The position numbers were made by a program, and so were the translations under genes. From positions 806,001 through 870,000 of the forward strand of contig MU008166.1 in the NCBI GenBank assembly GCA_010909165.1: a DNA stretch of 64,000 nt, written 5' to 3'. Position 1 is the first letter of the stretch. Each line of letters opens with the position of its first letter. The stretch is from Anthoceros angustus (Eukaryota; Plantae; Anthocerotophyta). Of the stretch, positions 11,700 through 22,820 are shown in pieces. A model generated the notes under the pieces. That model made no database searches. It had not been told where the DNA came from and saw only the letters and a program-made list of their open reading frames with translations.

Positions 11700-14365
11700 T
11701 CGATGTCTCCCTCAACCATGTCTTGAAGTCCTTGTCTTGGACATGTGTGCATCAAATGCTTGACGACAAGGCTCTAATGTTTCCGAATGTTGGAGTAGAT
11801 ACCGTGGAGCCGCAAGTGATCATAAGTCGAGAGCGTGACCATCCGGCTTGCCCAATGGGTTGTTCCCTGCTCGTGAGGCGACGCCATAAAGATGTGCATG
11901 GCTGTGGTGGATGGCGGCAAGGTACTCGATGCGAAATGCATCGCTTCCATAGCCATGTAACCAGAGGCCATGCTTCCCTCGGGTCTTGCACGTTGTCGAA
12001 CATGTGTCTTCAACACTAACATGTAGCTCCATAGGATACATCCAACGATAAACTGTGTTATGTCTCACCGTCGACTAGATGGATTACCAAATGTTGCATG
12101 ATGTTCCGTAAGGTAGGTGGCATAACCCGCCCAATGAAATTAGGGTATGGATGGCATGTCGTCGCATGATAGAGATTTCGGAAATGGGTATGACCTTCTG
12201 ACACAATCACCTGTACAATGCGCTCAAGCTAGTCACGGCCTTGTACTCCTCTCCATCAAGACGGCGTAATGCTATTGGGAGGCATCGCAGCAGGATATGC
12301 CGTGGCTTTTGAGTCCGCTACTTCGCTCCCGAGAAGCACCGACTAAGGTTGAAGCCGGTTGGTGGCCTAATATTGGCAAGCTCGAATTTAATCGCGTCAA
12401 TATTCTCTATAACATATGATGCCCGAGGGAGCTGGTTGTCGATACACTCTCCTTCCACAGCCATAGCCGTGGCTTAGAATCGCTTTTCTTCAAGGTCCTG
12501 CCTGCACTTCAAAGTGTCCCATTTCCCCGTAATCACCTTCCACAATGCTTGGGCATTGTTTACCTCAACATGCATGACGTCCTTTGTCCATAGCTTGTGG
12601 AGATTCTGCAAGGCAACCAGATTTGCTTCAAGCCCAATGACGTGGACACGTTAGCGGGTTCGCTAAACGAGCATGATGTGAAGAATGAGTGTACCTCGAG
12701 GTATGGCGATATGTAAAAAGGTCAAGGCCGCTTCACGCCCACTCAGCAAAGAAGACGGCCGCCATCCTCGGCCGCACCGCGCTCCATCTGGGCAACAACT
12801 TCACGGACTGTGTGTGGGACGGGCCGGCCTCTTGTTTCGTGGGTGTTGTTGAAGGCATCGCACAGTTCATACCTACGGCGGTCTAGGGAGGGACACCAAC
12901 GGCGGTGGCCCTCATACACCAGCTTGTTCAGGGACTCTGACCAACAGGGTTGCAATTCCCAGCTTCCACAATCCACACACGCTGTGTAACCTCTCACCTG
13001 GAGTCCCCATAAATTGCCGAGGCCTGGGTAGTCACAGGTGGCCGTTAAAAGCCCTGCCCGCAATGTGAAGTTTCTGGATGGGTCGAGAATTGCCCGTGAA
13101 CTATCTACTGCCGGGACACCCTTCCACAGCAAAGCTAGTTCTTCGAGCAAGGGTTGTAGGTAGATATCCATATTGCTCACCGAGGGGATAATAAGCGGCA
13201 TGAGAATGCAAGTCTTTTTTGTTGACATCCACGGTGGAAGATTGTGGATTTGCAGCAGAACAGGCCATATGGAGTAAGAGCAGGACCGGTGGCCGCCAGG
13301 ATTGAGGCCATCGGTAGAAATGCCAAGCCGAATGTTGCGGCTGTCCATCCCGAAATTGTCCTGGACATCTACAGCTCGCCAGGCCGGGGTGTCAGCCAGA
13401 ATGCGCAATTTATGATCTGTGCTTCGGGCAGTGTGATGCCAGGACATTAGCTGGGCAAGATGTGGGCACATGAACATTCGCCGAAGTCTTTCCACAAGTG
13501 GAAAATAAAACAGTGTTTTGCGTGCCACAGGCTTACTCCGTGGCGCGGATGGAGCATGCCGTGGTTCCCCACACCGGGGACACTCAAGCTCTTCAGCCAA
13601 ATCACCCTAGAAAATACAGCAGTCACTGACGTAGGCGTGCACTCGATGATAACTGTGACCCACCTGCAGCATGACCTTTTTTGCAGCTTGGCGAGAGGCT
13701 GGCATGGAATTGGGCCGCGGCAACAGAATTCTGGAAGCCATCTCAAAGAGAGCAGTCATTGCGGTATCTGATATGGCAAACCTGTCCTAGAAATTGAGCA
13801 AAGCAAGAGTGGCAGTGAGCTCTGTCTCTGTGCTTTCACATGCAGCCTCGACCTTTCAGAGGGGTGTGGTGGCAAGGGCGTTGAGGGATGCCTTCCAGCG
13901 GTCGTCAACACCAGCAACCAAGGTATAGTCCGGCCCTGGTGGTGGATCAGACTACTCGCGCTCAGGTGGTGAATTGCGGGGCTCCGGATCTTGAGAGGGA
14001 GCCCCCATCGCCAATGGCTGGTGGAACGGGGACCAACCCTTGTTGCGCAAGCGCGACATCCGGCTGTCTTCGGATAGCGACGTCCCTGAGAGCTAAACCC
14101 TGCGTGCACGACATGTTATGTGTGAGAGCAACAATAATTAGAAGAGATCGACGCCCGAGATTTGATTCAATCCAATTCGGGCAATTTGGGGAGAATGATT
14201 GCGTATCCGCGATCGAAGGAATGTAAGCCAACTTTGGACATGGAGCCTGGAAACGTCTGCCCGCTGTCTCGTCTGGAAGGGTTCGCACTCGGGGCAGGGA
14301 CAATACATGCGCGGAATCTGCCTGTCTCGGACCAGGCCTTCCATGGCTTGCAGGCTGACAAACAC
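11700..14365 (-). pseudogene. CACTA TnpD transposase (Transposase_21 plus DUF4218), frameshifted
   Basis: N-terminal YCPCPEC; CPRCGEPR...YFPLVERLRRMF; RNIRLGISTDGLNP...YSIWPV...NLPPW; RWMYPME and VRQRARPEGSMASGY in different frames. Confidence 0.9.
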
Positions 14366-14822
14366 TGTGCAGAAATAGGGGCTGCTCTTCGCTAAGTGCC
14401 CTTCTGCCCGACTGACCGCAAATGCAACCCAACGGATATGCCCGGGCCCTCTTCACCGGAGCGTGTGCGCCAAGCCGACGGTCCGGATCCTGTCAGTGCG
14501 GCACCGAATGCACCGCAAAGCCACCGTCCAGTTGCCCGGAACCGGTGTGTGGGCACAGGTTTATTATGGTGAACGGGCATCGTCCCCGGTACAAGCCCAT
14601 TCTCGCTTACCGGCAAGTGGTCACACAAAATGTGCTTTACCTTTCGTGAAGCCTATGAGCACTGCATCAAAAAATACCAACCCGACTTGCAACCAAAATG
14701 CACGGATGAGGTAGCGCGTCATTCGACCTGGTGGACGTCAAATGAGAAAGACAAGAGAAAGACGCAAGGATCATGCGTCAAATAGGCCACGTCTTAAAGG
14801 CCCTTGCATTGTAGTAGTGCTA

Positions 14823-16111
14823 TCTCCAACCAGGAGATCCAGATCCCTACTATGTATGAGGGTCCAAAGCCGAAATATGATGCAGAGCTCATACTTTACC
14901 TGCTGGATGGCGAAGAGCTTGGTGATGGTGGCTCTACCAGCGCGGTAGGCACTGGGGTGCATACTAGTACTGAGGTCTGGAAGACATTGCCTTACGATGT
15001 GGTGGAACAAGTGCTGCTACGGTTACCGGCGGCAGCGCAGGCCCGCTGCCGGGCAGTGTGCAGGGACTGGCGTGCCATGGTCTCCGCTTCAGAGTTTTCC
15101 CGGCGGAGCTTTCACCAGTCACTTTCTCGGACGGCGCCACCTCCCTTGTGTGCCGTTGCGTTTTATCCTAAAGGGTATTTTGAGCCACGACGTCTGCGAC
15201 GAAGTCTCCCCCTGTACAAGTCCTTGAAAGTGGACTTGTCTTTCTTGCCAAAGGTGTTCCACAATGGAGCAGCGGATATTACCGTCGCGCCAGACTGTGG
15301 TTTCGTTTGCCTTAGTTGTCCCGTAGACGAGGGAACGCATTTCTGTGTGTTCGATCCGGTGAACCATCGCTTCAAACTTTTGCCCATGCTTCAAAGCTAT
15401 TGGGGTTTGTATGTCGCCCTGGTGATGGAAACAGTCACTGCAACAGAAAGCTTTCCCAGCTTCAAGATTTATCTTTCTCGTGTTGGACCCGCTCCCATCA
15501 GTAATCCGGAACCAGAAGAGGACCCTGCGGAGAGCATAATGTTTTGGGACCATGCCATCTACAGCAGCATCACTGGTGAGTGGAAGGGCTTCATAGCTCG
15601 CTATGACTTGGAGCCAGATCTGTGGGATCCGACTTGGACCTACAACGGAGAGGTGTATAGGACGGTGCAGGGCACCATTCAGAACCGGTGGCTGGTGCGG
15701 ATTAGCACGGAGCCGGGTCCGCGGTACCTGTGGGCTCTGCCACTTCCCGACCACGGCGTGCACATGTGGGAGGAGTATTTTGTAACAGGGTACCGTGGAA
15801 GGCTGATGTACTGCTGCCGTGGTATTTGGACGCTGGACGATGCCAGAAAGCGGTGGGTCCAGATCGCGGAGGGGTGCCCGCCTGACATACTGCCGCGGCC
15901 TGCATATCCATTGCGGGACAGTTTGGTTTTGAGCGATGTGCACGTTGCTGGGGACCTTGTGATTTGCTTCTATCGTTCGGAGAAGAAGTTAAACGTGAAG
16001 TTTACTGTTGCTTACGACATGCTTCGACGTGTTTGGCGAAAGCTTTCCCTGCCTATCCATGGCGTTGCGGACTTTTTCCGACCCATGCCGGATTCAAGGC
16101 TTAGAGTTTGA
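14823..16111 (+). CDS. F-box protein, 3' part; open frame with internal ATG at 14852
   Basis: F-box motif VWKTLPYDVVEQVLLRLPAAAQARCRAVCRDWRAMVS followed by a beta-propeller-like C-terminus (VFDPVNHRFKLLP); no introns. Confidence 0.85.
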
Positions 16112-16499
16112 CACGTCTTGAAACCTTCAACCTCTCAGCGTTTGGCGCTCACTGTTTTGAAAATGTTATTAAACGGTTGGCGCCCATAGCTTGCTGAGGA
16201 CTAGTAGGGCAGAAGGACAATAAGGACCACAGGAGGAGCTGGAAGACGGGGTCCCTTCAGACAACTACCGTGAGGTGATGAGCCATTGGTTGGCAGATAG
16301 ACAGTTTGGAGACAGTTTGGTGCAAGAACCTTTAGTGATCGAAGAGCTAGTAGAGGCAAAGGGGCTGGTCTGTTTTGGATTCTGCTGTTGCTGAGTCAAG
16401 AATACTGTTAAAAGTCCTTTCAAGAGCGAGTTGTTTAATTTCCTAACCCTTCATCTTCCTGTGATGAGTATCCCGTGTCATCAACATGGCAGCAGACGT

Positions 16500-17330
16500 C
16501 GATATATTGCGCTAAGAAAAAAGAGGGGTTTGTATATCAGAATTGCCAAGGACTTGCAACCTTTGTCTTCACGTCTTCACTGTTGCCATTACTCCAAGCT
16601 GTTGTTTCCCTCCTCACTAATCCAAAATTTAATAGGACAGTGCTTCATGGTCATCTTTGGTGCCCAATGCAGAGACGCAAAACGGGGCTGCTACTATCTG
16701 GGGATCTCATCTGTACAATTATGACTTTGTTCCAGTTTGAAAGGGGAAGTTTAATGTGAATCAGGAATGCCTACCTAGGTCGCAAGCCAATTGACATGGT
16801 TTCTGTCCTCAAGGTAGGTGTTCATGTGGGCTGCAATGGGTTTTGCTACATCCTGTGTTCCTTATCGAAACGAGTCATAAAGCTTGCCTTCTCCACAGCT
16901 GTGGGAATGTGGTTGCCATTTTGCAGCTGGATGAGCATCTGTAGAGACCAACAACTGTCCTGACGGTGAGCATTGTTAGTTGCCTCACGGCCAAAAACAA
17001 ATAGGAAATCGGTCCAGAAAAATTCATCATGCTGTCGGTGCCATTCAGTATGGCTATATCAGAGCCCCTGCTCACCGGTGTCTCTAGTAAAGAACTATGC
17101 TACTGCCAACTACACCTGATCCAAAGTCTCCGCTGATAAGCCCAGAACGATCAAGCAAAACTCCAACTAAGATTTCCGAAATCCCCATGTTTGGTTTGGT
17201 ACCCAATGCAGAAATGCAAAACGAGGCTGCAGCTATCATTCAGGGGACCTCGGCTGTGCAGTCAGGACTCTGCTCCAGTTTGAAAGTTTGAGCGAGGAAG
17301 TTGCTTCGATAAGCATTGCTTGTGCCACTG
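16500..17330 (-). pseudogene. Duplicated degenerate coding remnant, possibly aspartic-protease N-lobe
   Basis: 16655-16750 is similar to 17195-17300 and 19569-19690; weak DTG..SDIAILNG and SSPVLRLCIG motifs. Confidence 0.3.
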
Positions 17331-17440
17331 CTTATCGAAGTTCCTTGCAGTACATAAAATACTTTCTCCAATTCCTCACATGACAAGCACCCTGAATTTT
17401 CCCTGGATTCAAAGCTCCAGGCCAAGAAGCCTCGGAATAT

Positions 17441-17540
17441 CAGGATTGCGCGCTAAACTAGCAGACATGACCTGCCGGGATAGTCTGTTTCAGGATTGCG
17501 CGCTAAACTAGCAGACATGACCTGCCGGGGTAGTCTGTTT
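17441..17540. repeat. 50-bp tandem duplication
   Basis: CAGGATTGCGCGCTAAACTAGCAGACATGACCTGCCGGGxTAGTCTGTTT occurs twice. Confidence 0.9.
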
Positions 17541-18675
17541 CATGACGTGCCGGGATAGGAACGTTTGGTGTTCCATGGTTGAAACACGTTTTCGATTTCT
17601 CGTAGCCGACAGATGTTTTTCCTTGTCTTGTCTGAGAAGGTGGTTGTAGTGAAGGCATGTGGTTAGGTGAATTCATCGTTGAGATTTCAGAGCTCTTTCA
17701 TTCCTGAACCTGCACGCAATGCGCAAATATGGAACTTGGACACATTATTTCTCTCTCCAAAATTGGGCTTGACCTTGCCCGAACCAAAGCAAAACACGAC
17801 TTGAGGCCACCATCCCTATCATGAATAGCAGCTCAGAGACAGGATCTATGCCTGGTCTGAATTCCCAATGGGTTACAGACTTCATCTTTGTGCAAGATCA
17901 AGGGTGTGCATGCTTGGGAGTCAAGAAAGGTGCCCGGCCCGGCTGCTAGAGGCGGGGCTCGAATATGCTGCCCCTGGGCTGCTCCCTCCCTTATCCGTTC
18001 CCGCTGCCTCTCTACCTCCCCTCCCATCCCTCCCTCACCTCCTTCCCGAAGCCCTCTCCCCCCGCTACATAGTTTGAAACCCGCTCCCCGCTGATCTCCT
18101 CCCCAAAGCCCTCTCCCCGCTAGTTTGAAAGAGTTGAAGCCTGCGCGGGCTCGAAACGGGGTGTGCCATGGGCGCACGGTAAGGCATGCCCTATCGCAAA
18201 GCCAGGCGAATCGAGGAAGATATGACATCGTATGTCATTACATACGCGAAGAGTGCGTATTGGAAGATATGCCCAAGCCATGGGCATGACATAGCCACCG
18301 ACGACGTCCCACGCGCGAAGCATTTGTCGCTTCGGAGATTCAGACACAGCCCAGAAGCATTTATGGCCTCGGAGATTCAGACGCAGCCCAGACACCAGCG
18401 AGCCCCACGCATTGACCCACAGCGACACCGGATTGGTCGTTTGTCTGAGCTGTTATGGGCAATGTGTCAAAGCACTGCTAAAAGTGAATGCAGGTTCCTC
18501 TGGGAAAGGCCCGAGGCGTCTCCCCTCCGCGCCCTGCGGAGCAGGAAATGTGGTCCGATGCAGACCAATCCCTCCTCCCTCCCTCTCCCCCTCCCTATCT
18601 CTTGGGGCCAACCCCGAAGGATAATTGAGAACTTGGGTCCAATAGCAGTTGCTGTGTGTAGCCCGAGAAACCGAG

Positions 18676-19296
18676 ATGGAGCATCGCAGAGCCGTCCACA
18701 ATGCGAGCTTGGCTCTGCTGGCAGCCCTGCTGATAGGGGCGATCCTTGCCGCTCCCGCAGCAGGGAAGAGCCCCAAGCACAAGCTGAAAGGCAAGCAAGA
18801 GAAGTACTCCGAGATCACGTTCTACATGAACACCACCATCGGCTTCAACACCTTCTTCTTGCAGCCCCCTCTGGAGGGGCTGCCCACCCAGCCGGCCCCC
18901 AAGACCGTCACCTTCTTCGGCGCCACCTGCGTGGTGGACGCCTTCATCACTTCGGGCCCGGACCCCGCCTCCCCGGCCCTGGGCAGCGTCAAGGGCTTCT
19001 TCGTCTTCGACAACAACAACACTAACGGCCCCGGCCTGGAGTTCGTGGCCACCGCCATTTTCAACGACGCCAGCGGCTTCGGCGCCGGCAGCACCATCAG
19101 CTTCCGGGGCTACTCGGAGCAGTTTCTCCCCGTCCGGGAGCTCCCAATCGTCGGCGGGACTGGCAGGTTCCGGCTGGCCAGAGGCTGGGTCGACATCTCC
19201 ACTGTCAGCGCAGGGGTACGCGGCTTCAACCTGCTCTTCGTCTCGCACTTCTTCTACTACGACCTGGAGGATTCCGGGAAGGGGAAGATAGGATAG
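18676..19296 (+). CDS. Dirigent protein, secreted and intronless
   Basis: Signal peptide; ITFYM, FFGATCVVDAFITSGPDPASPALGSVKGFF and RELPIVGGTGRFRLARGW motifs. Confidence 0.93.
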   Translation: MEHRRAVHNASLALLAALLIGAILAAPAAGKSPKHKLKGKQEKYSEITFYMNTTIGFNTFFLQPPLEGLPTQPAPKTVTFFGATCVVDAFITSGPDPASPALGSVKGFFVFDNNNTNGPGLEFVATAIFNDASGFGAGSTISFRGYSEQFLPVRELPIVGGTGRFRLARGWVDISTVSAGVRGFNLLFVSHFFYYDLEDSGKGKIG

Positions 19297-19324
19297 GATA
19301 ATGGACTGGGGTTAGGTGAGGGTA

Positions 19325-19498
19325 CGCTCGGTCTTCCTGGTTGCCTTCGTTCTCGGTTGCATTCGTTGTAGCGTGTAAAAGTTATCTATCTATGTATCCA
19401 TTGTGGCTGCCCGCTCGGTCTTCCTGGTCGCCTTCGCTCTCGGTTGCATTTGTTGTAGCGTGTAAAAGTTATCTATCTATGTATCCATTGTGGCTGCC
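19325..19498. repeat. 87-bp tandem duplication in the dirigent 3' region
   Basis: Direct reading. Confidence 0.9.
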
Positions 19499-19714
19499 CT
19501 GCCACAAGAATGTGGATAAGGCAATGTTTGACAGGAACAGGATGGTTCACGATGGAGGAGCCTCATTACTTTGCTCCAGTTTGAAAGGGGAAGTCTAGTT
19601 TCATGGGCCTGATGAATGACATGCTGCCGGTTTTTCAACCTCCGGGTTCTGTCCACGAATTGGTCTGGGTTTAGTGAGCATTGTTAGGTCTCTTGACTTA
19701 AATGAAGCTACGGA

Positions 19715-20230
19715 TCAATCCTCGGGAGAGCCACAGTCTGTCACAGGGCCGGTACACCCGATCTGTCTGTTTTGGATGTCGTACTGCATCAGGACATTCT
19801 GTTGCTGATAGTTCCCCAGAATGCAGTAGTGGTCATGCCTTTGCACAGGCCTACAGAACGCAAGCAAAGGTAACATGGTTGCCCACAATGAGGCCCTCCT
19901 TCTCCATTTGTCCATACAGAACAAGTGCCTCTTGGCCAAGCCATGATGAAAATCATGCACACACACTTCACAAAAGCTTGTTGCAGTGCATAATAGAAAG
20001 TACATGCCTTTATAAAGCGAAACAGGCACTGGTGCGACGATGAGGTTGGCGGTTCGTAGCAGTGGTGAAATCGGTCCACTTCTGCTGTCGGAAAGGTAAA
20101 GTGCGCCGTTATCCCGTGGATGAGAGGTTGGAAAGCGCCGGAAACGAAATGGGTGAAGGGCAAGCTGGAGTGGATCAAGAACCGCAAGATCATGCCGGGA
20201 GAAGGAGCAGGCTAGGCAAGCTAGGTGAAG
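19715..20230 (-). pseudogene. Aspartic protease C-lobe fragment, frameshifted
   Basis: ILGNYQQQNVLMQYDIQNRQIG, and FLIHSSLPFTHF...FQPLIHGI aligning by eye to FIFDSGTTFTYL...YNPLVQAI of the intact paralog. Confidence 0.8.
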
Positions 20231-20285
20231 ATACCCTAAAGGTTACCTGACGATGATGTTGCGTCGAAGACGCCCGATGGGAGAT

Positions 20286-21400
20286 TCAGTGCCTGATAAA
20301 CGGGATAAATTGCAGCGGAAGGTAGTAGGCTGTTGGATGGACATCGTTGGTCACCAGAGAAGCAGCCGTCACCCCCTGGGAAGTGGTTGTTGCAACTCGG
20401 GGGACTGTTATCACCGACGTTTCTGCTTCCACAAGTTGGGAGGCTTCATCAATCACCACACAGTCGAAGGCGCCAGAACATTTCACACTTTGGCGGCCAC
20501 CTGAGGCCACCGTACTGAAGAGAATCTTGAAGTGTGTGATGCAAAGCTTTTCGAAGTAGTCTGCAGAGGGATCTTTCCCTGCGAGCATACTAAAACTCGC
20601 GAGTCCACAGGAGTCCAGAATGAGTAAAAAATCCTTTGCAAATCCTCGAAGTTCAGCAACTCCATACTAAGTCCTCTGATGTAGGGTTACGCTGCGCGTG
20701 TGCTTCGGACAGCCATATGCTTATGTGTTCATCAGAAACATTATGCATATAGAAGTACCCAAGAATTTTCTCTCTCAGGACTGCAATATGACGGACGCCC
20801 TTCCTTGTTTGCGAGCTGAGGAACACTAGAGACGTCCTACGACCATAGTGGACCATAGACAAACTAAGGACCTCCAAATTCTTCCTCACGAAAGTGACTA
20901 ATGGTCGTGACTCTTCCCTGTTGTGAGCGGCCGCTAAAACTTTGGAATGCGTCATGTACTCTCCTAACACACACTGCAGGAATTTTCTGAGCGTCTCGCC
21001 ACATTTCTTGTAGGTAGCGATAAAAGACAAAGCTGACTCCAATGTGTTCACTATGCGGGGCAGATAAATATATTCCAGCACTTTGTGGGTCTTTGAGGTC
21101 TTTTGCCTCCAATAAGCACTACGTAAACCAAATTCAACATCCTGCTTCCTCCGCGTCCACGAATCATCAAATCCTGGAAACAAGCACCAAACTGGACATT
21201 CTTGTGCTTAGAGACCAACATCTGTGACACAAACCTGGAAGCAACCTTACAAATGGCTGTGTTGGTTGGGGCAGACATATGGACTCCGCACTTTATCCTG
21301 GAAAGTATAGACAGCAGAGATACCAGCAGGGAAGTCTTCAGTCTTACTCGTGGTCCAACGCCGTTTACAAGTCAAGACACTGCATCTACGACTGCCCTCA
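20286..21400 (-). pseudogene. UPF1/SEN1-like SF1 helicase fragment
   Basis: Degenerate P-loop GPRVRLKTSLLVSLL, motif Ia SAPTNTAICKVASR, and ILFSTVASG...FDCVVIDEASQLVEAET; frameshifts. Confidence 0.8.
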
Positions 21401-21682
21401 CTTGGAACTGATTCATGGCTCTGACATCCTCACAGTATTTCCTGACTGGCACCTCTACTTCATCAAAAGCCATAGGTTGGCACCTGTGCACAAAACATCA
21501 AACCAAACCAGCTAACTTCAGAAACCATCCGAACATGATCAGGTTGTCTGCAAGCTGAAAACAAACAGTGACCCATGATAACAGTAGTGTTCATGTGATC
21601 CCGTGTGTTCATTTGATGTTTGTCCCGTGGTTTGATGCTTGTTCTTTGCCCTTACGTCTGTGTTATAACTGCCCTCTACCAG

Positions 21683-22345
21683 GTTCTGGATGAATATCAT
21701 AATACTTTTGGGAATTCGTCGCGCAGCGATAGCCAAGAAACCTGGCCGTACCTTCCCGATGCCCTGGGTTTCAGGTAAATTCAGGTTTTATTTCACCCCA
21801 GAGGTATGGTGGCACCTAGAGACTGTATCATGTATGTAAGCAATTCAGGGCCTCCTGCAGCTGGTGTGTTAACTCTAGTACAGGACCTTGGAGAATCCGG
21901 CAAGATGTTAAAAATTCAAAGGGATCTCGATGAGACCAAATTCATCCTGGTATGTTATGTCGCAGTGCTTTACAGTACGTTGGAATTGACGTTGGAATTG
22001 CAGAACTGACTCTCGCAGGCCTGACTGAAACTTTTCTTCTTTCGCAGCACAAAACTATTGACAGTGTACTTGCTCGCGGGGAGAAACTTGACACACTGGT
22101 GGACAAGAGCACAGATCTGAGCATGGCTTCACAGGTGCAACTCCTCTCTCTTTCTGGTGTGAAGCAGTGCACTTGTCTTGTCTGTTTGAGCCTGTTTGGC
22201 CGATGCACCCAGTCCATAACTAACACCCTGAACCTCTGCGATTGCAGATGTTCTACAAGCAAGCGAAAAAAGCGAAGTTTGGCTACTTCCAGCGCACCTG
22301 CGCCAAGGAGTTCATCTTGTTCGTGGGACACTGCCGGTTAAGCCA
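21683..22345 (+). pseudogene. YKT6: YKT6 R-SNARE pseudogene with scrambled domain order
   Basis: Exons 21683-21774 (VLDEY..WPYL, frameshifted), 21884-21949 (KMLKIQRDLDETKFIL), 22048-22134 (HKTIDSVLARGEKLD..DLSMASQ) and 22248 onward (MFYKQAKK fused to FGYFQRTCAKEFILFVG). Confidence 0.85.
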
Positions 22346-22820
22346 TGGTGACATGGCAAGTTCTCTCACTTCTGACTCATGTCAATTTGTACCGGGCCTT
22401 CAGAAAGCATTCCAGGCAGCAATCGTTCAACTTCTCAACATTCTGCAGGTCCTAAACATTTGCTGTGATGTCCTCATGTTTTATGATTCTTTGATTGTAC
22501 CCGCAGCCCCTTGAATAGTCCTAATGTTGATATCACCAAGTTCAGACAGATGAAAAATTTACACTGGAAAAGGTTACTTTAGATGGGCTTTTAGATGCTG
22601 CGGGAAAAGTATCTGCAAATATAGATACCGAGTGGCAAAGCAGTCGGCTCTTCCAAGACCGCCTCGTCTTCTCAAGCAGCTCATTCGCTGCATGGTCAGT
22701 GCCTGTCAGACTCATACGAGTCGTACTTGGATAGCTTTTTCCATTCTTTTCCAGAAAGCGATTGGATGCGTCCAGTTTGAAATGTAGGTCTCCTTCATCT
22801 CCTTCTACAGGATGTCAAGC

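Larger units (their letters stand above)
7862..14819 (-). mobile_element. Complete CACTA/En-Spm DNA transposon
   Basis: Perfect TIR CACTACTACAATGCA (7862-7876) and TGCATTGTAGTAGTG (14805-14819); 3-bp TSD CTA at 7859-7861 and 14820-14822; internal transposase motifs. Confidence 0.95.
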
